DNA of 63,299 nucleotides, counting the filler, from Chiloscyllium plagiosum (taxonomy: Eukaryota): assembly GCF_004010195.1 (NCBI RefSeq). It is 8 parts of 8 records of this genome, joined end to end, with 100 filler letters (N's around TTAATTAATTAA, not from the genome) between each part and the next. Parts side by side here need not be neighbours in the genome. Positions count along the whole stretch, not along the records: positions 4,716 to 20,846 come from NW_025210907.1; positions 20,947 to 41,175 come from NW_025214931.1; 6 more parts are not named here. One strand, written 5' to 3'. The translations under genes and the position numbers were made by a program. Under the pieces are notes generated by a model. That model saw nothing but the letters and a program-made list of their open reading frames with translations, did no database searches and was not told where the DNA came from. Of this stretch, positions 13,901 to 27,097 are shown piece after piece. The number at the start of each line of letters is the position of its first letter. Position 1 is the stretch's first letter.

Positions 13901-14583
13901 CGTTATTGCTGTTCTATTTCAATGGCTCAGATGTAAAAAAAAGAACGGTGTGATTTACAGAAAAAAATTGACCAGAGGAATCGGGGCCACACTCTTGTCG
14001 CCACACAAAAAGACAGCTTTGACAGCTTCACATTGAAGAAGATATTTGTAACGACCAGTGCAGGGACCATTCGGACCTTCATCTCCTGTGGGTTTGTTTT
14101 CTCTCTCTCGTGAACAATCTCACTATCTATCTCTCTCATACACAAGCTCATTTTCTTTCTCTCACATAGGCATTCTTATTATCTCTCTCTTTCTTGTATG
14201 CACGATCAAGATTCGCTTTTGTCTCTAAACGGATCACGGGATATGGGAAGAGGGTTGCATGAGCGCATTGATCTCCATGATTAGTCAGGGTCACATTGAA
14301 TAGTGGAACAGACTCGAGGTGTCGAATGACCTGATCCTGCAACTATTTTCTATATGCGTATATTTCTACTGGTTTAAATTAATACCGAATAAGTTACTTT
14401 CCACCACATATTATGCAGGGCCGGCACCTTTATCCTATTGATAGATGCATACGCATTTGAGTACATTTTGGAAGGCTTTTTTTTTCGATGCAAAAGTGAG
14501 GACTGCAGATGCTGGAAACCAGAGTTTAGATCAGAGTGGTGCTGAAAAGCGCAGTAGGCCAGGCTGCATCCTAGGAGCAGGAA

Positions 14584-14619
14584 AATCGACGTTTCGGGCA
14601 AAAGCCCTTCATCAGGAAT
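14584..14619 (-). ncRNA. Minimal hammerhead ribozyme in a Penelope-like element (element about 14490-14880)
   Basis: Minus strand AUUC-CUGAUGA-A-GGGC-UUUU-GCCC-GAAAC-GUC-GAUU. Confidence 0.75.
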
Positions 14620-17567
14620 GAAGGCAGGAATTTTCCAGGATGTAGAAATAAATAGTGGTGGGGAATGGGGCTGGGGAGAAGGTATCAAAGAGTACAGTAG
14701 GTGAATGGGTAGGGATGGAGGTGATAGGTCAGAGAGGAGGGTGGAGCAGATAGGTGGGCAGGGAGATTGGCAGGGAGGAGAGGTCATGAGGACAGTGCTG
14801 AGCTGGAAGGTTGGAACTGATGGGAGGAGGGGAAATGAGGAAACTGGTGAAGTCCACATTGATGGACTGGGGTTAAGGTGTTCTGAACTTGCAGCATGGT
14901 TTGCTACCTGGGATTTCGATGTTATGGCTGGAGGAGGGCCATGAAAGCCATGGTATAATGAGGAGAAATTAGATGCCCTCCTTTGAAAGTACGTTTAAAG
15001 TAAAGTGTGTCATATATGGTTGTTATAGATTCCAGGATTTTGATGTTTCAGCAAGAACAGAAAATAGGCGGGGCTGTGTCATTGTTTATCAAGAGTTTCA
15101 TTACAGCAGCTGAGCGAACTTTTGAGGACTCACCACTTAAGGTAGTTTGGACTATGGTGAGAAATAGGAAAGGAGAGGTCAGCCTGTTGGAAGTTTTCTA
15201 TAGGCTTCCGAAGTTTTGCAGGATGTCGTGGAAAGAATTGCAAAGATGATTCTCGATAGGAGCGAGAGTAACTGGGTAGATGTTATGGAAAACTTTAACT
15301 TCCCCAATATTAACGGAGAATACGAACGTACAAGTAGATTAGATGTGTCAGTGTTTGTTCAATGTGTGCAGGAGGGTTTCTGTAGACAGGCGATCGAGTT
15401 GCGATGCCATATTCGATTTGGATCTGGAGAATGAACCTGGCCAAGTGTTAGATTTGGAGGTAGATGAGCACTTCAGCGCGAATGACCATACTTCATTTAT
15501 GTTTAGAATAGCAATTGCCAGAGATAGGTATATACTACAGGGAACGAGCTATACCTGGTGAAAATGCAATTATGATGCGATTAGGCAAGAATTATGATGC
15601 ATAGACTGGGGAAGGAAATTGCAGGGGATGGACACTCTTGAAATGTGGAGCTTTTTGAACAACAGCTACTGCCGGTCCTTGATGAGTGTATCAGGCATGG
15701 AGGTAGTTGTCGAGAGAGGGAGGTTTATTAAAGCAGTTGAAACTGTTGTCAAGAGGAGGAGGAAGGCTTATGTGACGATGAGGCGTGAAGGCTCAGTTAG
15801 GGGGCTTAAGAGTTACAAGTTAGATATATAAGATCCAAAGAGAGAGCTAAAAAGAGCCAGGAGGGGACGTGAGAAGTTGTTGGCGGATGCGATCAAGGAA
15901 CACCCTAAGACCTTCGATATGTATATAAGGAATAAAGTGGCGACAAAGAGGAGATGACCTGCTGGTTTTATTGCTGGTCTGTTAATCCAGAGAACCAGAT
16001 GAATTTCTGGATACACTGGTACTAATCCTGCTCTGGTCGATGGTGAAATTTCAATTTGATAAAAAAGAAAACTGAAATTAAGAATCTCATGATAATTATG
16101 AATCTATTGTCGATTATCTGAAAAACCCACCTGGTTCACTGATGTCTTCAATGAACGGAAACTGCCATAATTTCCTGGTCTGTCTGATACGTGACTCAAG
16201 ACTCACAGAAATGTGGTTGACCCTTAACTACCCTCTGTTCGGGATGGTCAATAAACGCTTCCTTCCCCGCGACGTCCTCATGCAGTAAATAGGTAAAGAA
16301 AATAGAGTGTTGTTGTTTGCTCCTGTATTAACAGTGGAAAATGTGTTGATCCTGAGACTGGTTTTCTGAGGAATCCCCAAACCCGTTGATACTCTTCATC
16401 CTTCATTCTCACTCTAATATTCATTCTATGGCAGGATTAACGAGAGGCAGCAGAATTACATGGACGGATAGGATCAGACCGAGACGAGGCCTGGTGGATT
16501 CGCCTTTTTCGCTGGTGGGGTCCTTGTATGATCTCAGACGAACTTTATCAGCGTCCAACTGGTGATTGTTGCCGCAATGTGAACGCAACAACAATGCTTT
16601 CCTTGAACATTTTCGAATCCTACCAGCTACCTTTCACATCAGCATTTTTTTTTTTGGTGAACTGTTGAAATAGTATAAGAAAAGCCATCTAGTTTGGCAC
16701 GTGATGAACACTGAGTTTTCAAAATGCATTAGAGGCAGGTGAGGATGAAACATGCAATCACACTCTAATCATTTGAGGTTGCAAGATATGTTGTGCTAGA
16801 GAGCACGCCGCACATTATTATGCATCCAGCCAGTTGTGCCCTTTGTGAACAGGGATATGAGCCGGCATGATAACATTTACAAGCTGTAATGGCTCCATTT
16901 CAATGGCTCAGATGGCAAAAAAGAACGGTGAGATTTACAGACAAAAATTAACCAGAGGAATCGGGGCATTCCCCACTCTTGTCGCCACACAAAAAGGCAG
17001 ACTTTGACAGCTTCACATTGAAGAAGATATTTGTAACGACCAGTGCAGGGACCATTCGGATCTTCATCTCCTGTGGGTTTTTTTCTCTCTCTCGTGCACA
17101 ATCTCACTATCTATCTATCTCATACACAAGCTCACTTTCTTTCTCTCACATAGGCATTCTTATTATCTCTCTCTTTCTTGTATGCACGATCAAGATTCGC
17201 TTTTGTCTCTAAAGGGATCACGGGATATGGGAAGAGGGTTGCATGAGCGCATTGATCTCCATGATTAGTCAGGGTCACATTGAATAGTGGAACAGACTCG
17301 AGGTGTCGAATGACCTGATCCTGCAACTATTTTCTATATGCGTATATTTCTACTGGTTTAAATTAATACCGATTGAGTTACTTTCCACCACATATTATGC
17401 AGGGCCGGCACCTTTATCCTTTTGATAGATGCATACGCACATGAGTACATTTTGGTAGGCTTTTTGTTTCTATGCAAAAGTGAGGACTGCAGATGCTGGA
17501 AACCAGAGTTTAGATCAGAGTGGTGCTGAAAAGCGCAGTAGGTCAGGCTGCATTCTAGGAGCAGGAA

Positions 17568-17603
17568 AATCGACGTTTCGGGCAAAAGCCCTTCATCAGG
17601 AAT
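17568..17603 (-). ncRNA. Minimal hammerhead ribozyme (duplicate copy)
   Basis: Same sequence as 14584-14619, inside the 3-kb duplication. Confidence 0.75.
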
Positions 17604-19907
17604 GAAGGCAGGAATTTTCCAGGATGTAGAAATAAATAGTGGTGGGGAATGGGGCTGGGGAGAAGGTATCAAAGAGTACAGTAGGTGAATGGGTAGGCAT
17701 GGAGGTGATAGGTCAGAGAGGAGGGTGGAGCAGATAGGTGGGCAGGGAGATTGGCAGGGAGGAGAGGTCATGAGGACAGTGCTGAGCTGGAAGGTTGGAA
17801 CTGATGGGAGGAGGGGAAATGAGGGAAACTGGTAAGTCCACATTGATGGACTGGGGTTAAGGTGTTCTGAACTTGCAGCATGGTTTGCTACCTGGGATTT
17901 CGATGTTATGGCTAGAGGAGGGCCATGAAAGCCATGGTATAATGAGGAGAAATTAGATGCCCTCCTTTGAAAGTACCTTTAAAGTATTATGAAAGTGTAT
18001 GGTTGTTGTAGATTCCAGGATTTTGATGTTTCAGCAAGAACAGAAAATAGGCGGGGCTGTGTCATTGTTTATCAAGAGTTTCATTACAGCAGCTGAGCGA
18101 ACTTTTGAGGACTCACCACTTAAGGTAGTTTGGACTATGGTGAGAAATAGGAAAGGAGAGGTCACCCTGTTGGGAGTTTTCTATAGGCCTCCGATTTGTT
18201 GCAGGATGTCGTGGAAAGAATTGCAAAGATGATTCTCGATAGGAGCGAGAGTAACTGGGTAGATGTTATGGAAAACTTATCTTCCCCAATATTAACGGAG
18301 AATACGAACGTACAAGTAGATTAGATGGGTCAGTGTTTGTTCAATATGTGCAGGAGGGTTTCTGTAGACAGGCGATCGAGGTGCGATTCCATATTCGATT
18401 TGGATCTGGAGAATGAACCTGGCCAAGTGTTAGATTTGGAGGTAGATGAGCACTTCAGCGCGAATGACCATAATTCATTTATGTTTAGAATAGCAATTGC
18501 CAGAGATAGGTATATACTACAGGGAACGAGCTATACCTGGTGAAAATGCAATTATGATGCGATTAGGCAAGATTTATGATGCATAGACTGGGGAAGGAAA
18601 TTGCAGGGAATGGACACTCTTGAAATGTGGAGCTTTTTGAACAACAGCTACTGTGGGTCCTTGATCTGTGTATCAGGCATGGAGGTAGTTGTCGAGAGAG
18701 GGAGGCATGGTTTATTAAAGCAGTTGAAACTGTTGTCAAGAGGAGGAGGAAGGCTTATGTGACGATGAGGCGTGAAGGCTCAGTTAGAGGGCTTAAGAAT
18801 TACAAGTTAGATATATAAGATCCAAAGAGAGAGCTAAGAAGAGCCAGGAGGGGACGTGAGAAGTTGTTGGCGGATGTGATCAAGGAACACCCTAAGACCT
18901 TCGATATGTATATAAGGAATATAAGAATGACTGGAGTAAGATTGGGTCTAATCAAAGAAAGTAGGGAAAGGTTGTGTGTGGAAACTGACTAGATAGGGGA
19001 AGCGCTTAATGGATACTTTTCGTCAGTATTCACATTGGAACAGGGCAATGTTAGTGAGAATTCGGAGATATAGGCTACAAATTGGATAAGATGAAGGTTT
19101 CAAAGTGTAGGTGTTCGCAATTTTGAAAGATCTGAAAATAGATAAGACCCCAGGGCCGGATGGGATTTATCCTCGGATTCGCTGGGAAGCCAAGGAGGAG
19201 ATTGATGAGCATTTGGCTTCGATCTTTAAGTTATCATTGTGGACAAGAGTAGTGCCAGAAGACTGGAGGATCGGAAATGTTGTTCCCTTGTTGGAGAAGA
19301 GGAGTCGGGACAACCCTGGTAATTATAGAGAAGCACATGTGATAGTTACTTATCACGGGGAGGATCGAGTGTAATAATTCTTTGTTGAGGTGTCCTTTGT
19401 ACTTAATGAGGAGCCCGAGAGCCTGTTTTAAGTCCTATCTGTTGCTGACACACGTAGTAATCTCTGAACAAATTGATGTCTTTTATTTCCAACGATGTGC
19501 TCATGCAATGAAGGTTGGGGACAGGTGAAACATTACGTTAGACAAATAAAACAGAGTATCACGGAAGTTATACAACCTTGAGAAGCACTTATCCATCGAG
19601 AAGCTAATGCCATAATCAACAAGAAAAGATAAATGCAGCACAGAAGAAGGCAGTTTAACCATTCAGATCGATGACAGCTCTGCTAAGGACCAATCCACTC
19701 AATGCCAAACTCCCACCTCAGGCAGTATTAGACGTTTTCGACAATTGGGACATTAATAAAATATATATAATTTCACAGCACAATTGGAAACCGAGCAGCT
19801 TGGCCATCTCTGACTGGGAAAATAGCCATCAAACCGAATTACATTTCCCATCATTTCCCTAATTCGATTTTGTTGTTCAGTAAACTTGGAGGTTCGGGAC
19901 ATACAGC

Positions 19908-20035
19908 CCTGAAGAAGGGCTTATGCCCGAAACGTCGATTCTCCTGTTCCCTGGATGCTGCCTGACCTGCTGCGCTTTTCCAGCAACACATTTTCAGCTC
20001 TGATCACCAGCATCTTCAGACCTCACTTTCTCCAC
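19908..20035 (+). mobile_element. Penelope-like terminal fragment with hammerhead core
   Basis: CTGAAGA-A-GGGC-TTAT-GCCC-GAAACGTC-GATT followed by the ggatgctgcctgacctgctg...ccagc family sequence; 5' stem I strand is truncated. Confidence 0.75.
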
Positions 20036-20946
20036 TTACAGTCTATATCCCCCTGCTCAGCGGGTGAAACACTTGTGCCTGCATTTTGATTTCAGCCACC
20101 GAGTTCCAGAATATGTGTAGGGTCCAGGATAAAAAAAGTCAAATTCTCACAATACCGGTGAACAGTTCTCAATAACTGTTAATCTATGAACCAGTCACTG
20201 ATGTCTCAAGCAAGAGAAATACACCCTTTCAACTATTGTATCCACGCCCCTTAAAACCTTGAACAACTCAAAGAAATCTCCGCTTCAGCTCCTCAGCTTC
20301 AGAAAACAACGGCACCCTGTCCAATCTTTCTTTTAGTCCATTTTCCAGTCCTGACTAATCCTCATAAATCTCCTTGGTGCCCTCTCAAAGGCCATTCCTT
20401 CATTCGACACTGATGTGACACGTACAATAACAACCAGGGCCTGGTGCGGTAATAACAAAGATGCAAATTTAAATGCGTTTTTTTTAAACACAATGAAGAA
20501 AAAGTCTCAATCAAGACCCTTTGGATTACAGGCGACTTAGCCGTTTAATAGACTGTCCTAGTCAACAGATATGTTTTCTGGGAAACACAGAGGTGTATTG
20601 TTCTGATCGCTGGAGAATACCTTTCGGACTTTGTTGGAACTTTTGATATACTTATAGAGATAGATTATCGTGCTGCATTTGGAGTCACACTTGAATGAAG
20701 GCGGCAGAGTCGTGGTTTTGTCACTGGAGTGGCCATCCAGAAGTTAAGACACGAATGCTATCGAGACGTGGGTGAATCCCACCACGGTGAAATTTGAATG
20801 ATGTTACAAAGTCTGAAAAAAAACGACAGTCTTATGGCAGCCACGTNNNNNNNNNNNNNNNNNNNNNNNNNNNNNNNNNNNNNNNNNNNNTTAATTAATT
20901 AANNNNNNNNNNNNNNNNNNNNNNNNNNNNNNNNNNNNNNNNNNNN

Positions 20947-21111
20947 CAGCAATCTCTGATTTCAGAGGCTTCTTTTCTTATTTCCAGGTCACGTTGACTC
21001 CAGAAGGAAGATTGGACACAACGCAGGTTAACGTCACCGTCGCTTCCAGTAAGACTTGTTCTACTGGCGGTGGGAGGATTTTAACGGTGTTAGGGTGGCA
21101 CTCGGTATCTT
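20947..21111 (-). pseudogene. IGHM: IgM CH3 exon, 5' part, with premature stop
   Basis: tttcatAG acceptor; [44 protein letters not shown]; TAA at 20978-20980 where the paralog has CAA; truncated by the contig end. Confidence 0.9.
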
Positions 21112-23048
21112 CTATGAAACAAAAATCAAGTCAATGAAAAATGCCCCTTTCTGATACAAACAGCCAATCTTCAGATTACTCCTTCACAGGGTGAAGACAC
21201 CACCTTCAAAATGGCAACTCCAACTATTCTGAAACGATGCTTACTATTGTTGATGTATTTTGATCTGTGAAACATTTGTGATTACCTAGGACATACCCTG
21301 TGTAATTATTCCGAAAGAACACTGGCTTTGTAACAAGTGAAACCTGTGGAAAAAGTAAAATCATCGAAGATACCATCATGTAACCCATGGAATTACCTTT
21401 CTTTCGGAGTTTGTCTCTCACGTAAGATCATCTATTGATACTTGTGACAAGAGTAATCTGAATATAATGAGTTCATCTCCATGTTCATAACCCTTAGGTG
21501 CAACTGCTGCTGGTCATGCTGACTGCCAAATCACATCCCAAATTTTGGACAGATTATAATAAATAATAATTATTCTCTTTGCAGAGTTCTAAAGTGTTAC
21601 AGGAGTGGTGAACAGCCATGGAAATTCTGTTCATTATATTTAACATGATCAAAAATACTTTGCGTTATTGGTGTGATGTCATTCTCTAATTTATGTCATT
21701 GTTCCTCGTCGGCTGTGTTTGGAGTAGATCTGAAAACAAGACATTGAGTACAGCAGTGGATATCGAGAAGGACACCCATCTCCTTAAGTCTTTCCCTCCA
21801 TTCAGTTTGTTCATAACTGGTCTGTACTTTAACTTTACCAAGCTGCATTTTTTAATTTCTTCATCGAGCAGGGGAGAAAAAAAAACAAAAGCGTCTTAAA
21901 TTAATCTACAAACGCGATGGAAATGTCACTAATTTTATAGATATCCACTACTCACTGTGTAAACATCGCCACCCCAAACCAGGCGAAATCAGTCTATCTC
22001 GAGTTCCTCGTTCATTCATCCCTATTGTAGCATTCCCATCAGAATTTATTCTCCTGCTTCATCCACGAATTACAGAGAGCATCTTAAAGAAGCTCAGTGA
22101 GATCACGTTTATCCCAGTTCATCAAATGTGATAACCACTTGGTCTGTGGTCTGATCCAATAAGTTAAAGAGCTCAGTACCCGATAAAAATCGATGTCCTC
22201 CAATGTACAAGGTCAACAGGTCATTCCTGAGCAGGGAATGAAGCATTGAATCCATTTTGATTTATTTTCAAGTATGGGTCACTGCATATTTTAACCACGT
22301 CATTTTGAGACCACAGCATCATAAGATAGAGGATCAGAATAAGGCTGTTCGGCCAATCCAGAGTTTAGATCAGAATGATGCTGGAAAAGCACAGCAGGTC
22401 AGGCAGTATCCGACGAGCAGGAAAATCGAGGTTTCGGGCTAAAGCCATTCTCCTGCCTTTTCCCCGTACTAAACAAGAGCCGATCTATCTCTGGCTTGAA
22501 TACACACAAAGGCCTGGCATCCACAGCCGGATGCAGCAATAGGTTCCACAGACTCATCACCCTCTGGCTGAAGACATTCCTCCCCATCTCAGTTCTAAAC
22601 GGTGCCCTCTTGACCCTGAGACTGTGCTCTGATTTCCTAGTCTCGCCGACCAGTCAAAACACCTATTCCACGTTCACTCGACCTCAGTCTCTCAGTATTT
22701 TCTATGTTTCAATCAGATATCTATCCAATATCCCCCTTCACCCCCAAACTTATCCTTGAAGCGGCTACCAGGCAAGGATTCAGCACTCTGAATGCCTCTC
22801 CCAGCATGGTCAGGCAACAAACTATTTAACAAAGCTCACTGTCTATATGTTTATCTTCAACAGAGAGGAAACATGCTTTTCTGACTTGCCAAAATCAGAA
22901 TTATGAGCAATGCTAATGTAACACTCAAACTGAAATGAGATACGTGGCATGTTGGGAAATGAGAAGCTGTACCGTGCTGTTTACTAGTGTGTTTGATTCA
23001 CATCAGAGTTCAGAATGATTTGTAGCTCTGTCAATATGTGTCTCTTAC

Positions 23049-23472
23049 CCTGGAGTGCGGTGATGTTTTTACTTTGAGTGTTCTCTCCATGAGTGACCTG
23101 GCAGGTATAAACTGCGCTGTTGAACCATTCACCATAAGGAACCATCAGCCGACTCGTCACCGAGAAGTTCCCGTTCGCCTCACACACGGGAGACGTGAAG
23201 AAGCCAGAATCCAAGGGTTGGCCATTTTTCAACCAAGCACTGATGATGTCGCCTAGCCAGGGGACGAAACGTTTGCAACAAAAACTTCCAGCTCGGCGAA
23301 CAGAACCACAAAAACGAGCACCCGAGCTACAAATCTTCGCACAAACTTTGAACGGAGATCGACTTCGGATGGAACTCGATGATTGAACAGACGACGGTTG
23401 CAAACTTGCTGCTTGCGATGTCTTCACTGGAGCTCACAGTTAGGAGAAGGGTTGGTGGGAGAGGATCTGTAC
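23049..23472 (-). pseudogene. IGHM: IgM CH2 exon disrupted by a 115-bp insertion
   Basis: Colinear with 2709-3020. The insertion at 23237-23351 replaces 3 bp (net +112, frameshift). Confidence 0.92.
23237..23351 (+). mobile_element. Penelope-like fragment beginning with a hammerhead ribozyme (23237-23276)
   Basis: GCA-CUGAUGA-U-GUCGCCU-AGCC-AGGGGAC-GAAAC-GUU-UGC; no target-site duplication. Same element at 23797-23911 and partially at 53658-53739. Confidence 0.75.
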
Positions 23473-23746
23473 CTTTACGAAACACATCGTATAAATTATC
23501 TGACGAATTTGAGAACAAATACAATCAGTTCTCATATATCAAGGTTTCTTGTGGTTAATGGACACAGGAATCATAATTGTGCAGAGTGCTGGAGAAGCTG
23601 GGATCCACACAGAAAGATCAGCAGGACAATGTGAAAGGCTAAACTTAGAGGACACAGCAAGGGANNNNNNNNNNNNNNNNNNNNNNNNNNNNNNNNNNNN
23701 NNNNNNNNNNNNNNNNNNNNNNNNNNNNNNNNNNNNNNNNNNNNNN

Positions 23747-24032
23747 CGGGAGACGTGAAGAAGCCAGAATCCAAGGGTCGGCCATTTTTCAACCAAGCAC
23801 TGATGATGTCGCCTATCCAGGGGACGAAACGTTTGCAACAAAAACTTCCAGCTCGGCGAACAGAACCACAAAAACGAACACCCGAGCTACAAATCTTCGC
23901 ACAAACTTTGAACGGAGATCGACTTCGGATTGAAATCGATGATTGAACAGACGACGGTTGCAAACTTGCTGCTTGCGATTTCTTCACTGGAGCTCACAGT
24001 TAGGAGAAGGGTTGGTTGGAGAGGATCTGTAC
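23747..24032 (-). pseudogene. IGHM: Second partial IgM CH2 copy carrying the same insertion
   Basis: Repeat of 23187-23472 at +560 across an N gap, with several substitutions. Confidence 0.8.
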
Positions 24033-24334
24033 CTTTACGAAACACATCGTATAAATTATCTGACGAATTTCAGAACAAATACAATCAGTTCTCATATACC
24101 ATGGTTTCTTGTGGTTAATGGATACAAGAATCATAATTGTGCAGAGTGCTGGAGAAGCTGGGATCCACACAGAAAGATCAGCAGGACAATGTGAAGGCTA
24201 AAATTATAGGAAACAGCAAGGGAGTCAAGGAGGCATAGAAACTAGAGGCCGGTAACATCAGAAGGGAGATAGCAATGTTGGGTGGTATTCGTTTTAATGA
24301 CAGAGTCTGATGAACAAGGCAGAATGAAGAAATG

Positions 24335-27010
24335 ATGCCGTTGCTATCACGGAGACATATTGATAGCCGGGCAGGAGTGACTATTCAATATTCCAGTATT
24401 TAGTGCCTTCAGGCGAGACAGGGAAAGATGGAAAATGATGGGGGCGGGGGTGTGCGGTACAGAATGTTGTTTCAGTCGCAATTCTGACAAGAGTATTTTA
24501 GGCTGTAAAGAGAAATGAAATCATGGATACCTCCTTGAACAAAGGCAAATGGACAGTACTTCAAAACCAAAATACAGCAAACATAACGACTGGGAGAGCA
24601 GGATAGACCTTACTATAGGTCCAAAATACCAACTGCAAATACATGGGCAAATTTCAGAGACGTGTAAATTAAATAGGGGATGAGAAAAGAGGTTTTTAAC
24701 TTCCTCAGCATAGGCTTGGATATTCATTTTGTCAAAAATTTAGAGGGAGCACAATTCTGAAAATGCCTCCAGGAGAATATTTGAACAAAGTATGTGTTTA
24801 GTACTGAGAATTTTAATCCAGACCTTGCAAGAGAATGCTGAACCTTAGGGAATGAAGTCTAACCAGTGGGTAAAACATCAATGGTGGAGCACTTTGCAGA
24901 CAGTGATCGTAAATCAGTTGGATTTCAGATTGTACTATAAAGGAATAGAAATTGGCCCAAAGTTCTGAAAAGGGGAAGGACAATTATAATAAGATCAGGT
25001 AATGACTTGACCAGACTGGACTGGAAGCTGACACTTATTGGTAAATCTGAGTCAGAGCAGTGCAACACATTTAAGAAAGAGATAGGAAAATCACAGGGAG
25101 GACATTTCCCAGGAAGCCACTGCGTGGGACCAAGAATGCAGCGGGCTCCGAACACCAAAGGGCATGGAGAGTGAGAAAAAGAGAAACAAGGGAGGCCTCC
25201 GGTCTATACTTTAATCTCAAAACAATAGAAACTAATATGGAGTACAAAACAAGCAAGTGGGAGTTTGAAAGACAAAGGAATTAGAAGAGCAAAAGGGACC
25301 ATGAGAAAATAATAGCAGTCAAAATAAAGGAAAATATTTTTTAAAGTTACAGGCTCATTCATAATAAAAGAATTATTCGGGAAACAGTAATGCCCATTAC
25401 GTGTTATTATTGGAGTGGAGCCGGAGGATTAGGTATGGTCAAAACGAATGTGTTGTGTCAGTGTTCACTAGTAAGAGGGACAATGTGGGGACAGAAATTA
25501 TGGAGGGGTGTTGTGATGTAGTTTTCAGAAATTAGGACACATGACGTGATGTTCTGTGTTGTCTTGCTGAATGAAAAGTGGTTATATTTCCAGGGCACAT
25601 GAAAAGTATACCAAGCGATTGATCGATGCAAAAGATGAAATAGTTGTGTCGCTGACAATAATGTAGAATTACTGTCTGGCCACAACAGTTGTGCCAAGTG
25701 AGTGTATATCAGCCAACGTTGCACTGTTATGCAGGATGAAGGAAGGGATAAATAATGAAAACATACATCTGTCAAACTAGTCTCAGTAGTAGGGAAACGA
25801 TTGAGAAGTGAAATTCGTCTTCATTTGGAAGATAAATCAACAATTTACAGCACGGTTTTATTGAGAGGAAGTCATGTGTAACAATTTGATAGTAGTTTTC
25901 AGAGAGATAACTCGATGTCCAGATGATAGCAATAATCAGAGCCAATGGGATCCGAGTTAATTTGACAGATTGGATCTAGAACTGGCTGAGGGGTGGGAGC
26001 AGGGGATAATAGTCATCGGGTGTCTGCGTGACTGGAAATCTATGTCTCCTGGTGTTCTGTAGGGATTGGTGTTGATTTCCTTGCTATTTATCTTACATAC
26101 CAATGATTGAGACTCAAATTTAGAAGGATTAACCAGTGAATTCACAGATGAAATGAAAACTGTCATGTTGGTAAGTCATGAGTATAATGGCTTTAGATTG
26201 CATGAGGATATACAAGGGTTGGTTGTATGTGAAGAGAAGTGGCAAATGGAAATTATTCTGTATAAATGTAAGGTGATGTAATTCGGCAAAAGAATCTATG
26301 AGGTATGACGTTTTGAATGGTGGAACCCTGGAAAGGCCTGAGAATCTTTGGTGCATGTACCCACCGATCCCCTATAGTACTGTGTCATCTGGATAAAGAG
26401 GCTAAGAAAGTGGCAGGATATTTGCTTTTATTAGCCTAGACATTGACAATGAAGTGTAGGGAGATGATACTGGAACTTAGTAGAACACTGGTTAGGCCAT
26501 ACTGAAACGTTTTGTGCATGTTATCGAAGGAATGTGATTACACTGAAGGCAGTATTGATGAGATTTGCCAGGATCTTGCCTGGGTTGGAGGATTTTAGTT
26601 ATGAAACTAAATTAGATAGACAGGGGTTTTCCTTGGAGCAGAGTAGAATTAGGGAGAAGATTATCATGATGTCTAGAATTATTTTAGGCATAGACAGGGA
26701 AAACTGGATGAAACCTTTCCCCTTGATGGAGAGATCAATGCCTTAGGGGCACAGGGTGAAGGTAAGGCTAGGAGGTTCCAAGTGGATCTCAGGAGAAAAC
26801 AAAATCAAACAGAGGGTGGTGTTAGCCTGGAGCTCAGTACCTATAAGTCTTGTAGAGACTGAGCCCCTCATAATAAGTATGAACTATTGAGATGCATCCT
26901 TGCAAAGTCAAGTCACACAAGGCAATGGATCATGTGCTGGCACATGAGAGTGGCTGTTATTGATAGGCGTGAACTGGATGGATCAAAGGGCCTTTTTCCT
27001 GTGCTGTATA
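24335..27010 (+). mobile_element. Degenerate CR1 LINE in the CH1-CH2 intron (antisense to IgM)
   Basis: Reverse complement of 1-2395, extending to a CR1-like 3' end. The same element also starts at about 62820. Confidence 0.8.
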
Positions 27011-27097
27011 AGGTAATTCTGCGAAAACGGTTATAAATAATGCCTTATTAATGTTAATCCAAGATACTCTGTTTATCTCAGTTCCCACAACACGTAC

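Larger units (their letters stand above)
12925..18921 (+). repeat. About 3.0-kb tandem duplication (12925-15936 / 15937-~18921)
   Basis: Both copies start gtggcgacaaagaggagatgacc and are colinear with scattered substitutions and indels. The unit includes a Penelope-like element and a CR1 fragment; only copy 2 continues into the rest of the CR1 (to about 19330). Confidence 0.93.

Noticed and set aside
14374-14859. 161-aa Pro/Ser-rich ORF present twice
   Set aside because: It is a translation of a low-complexity Penelope-like repeat inside the 3-kb duplication.
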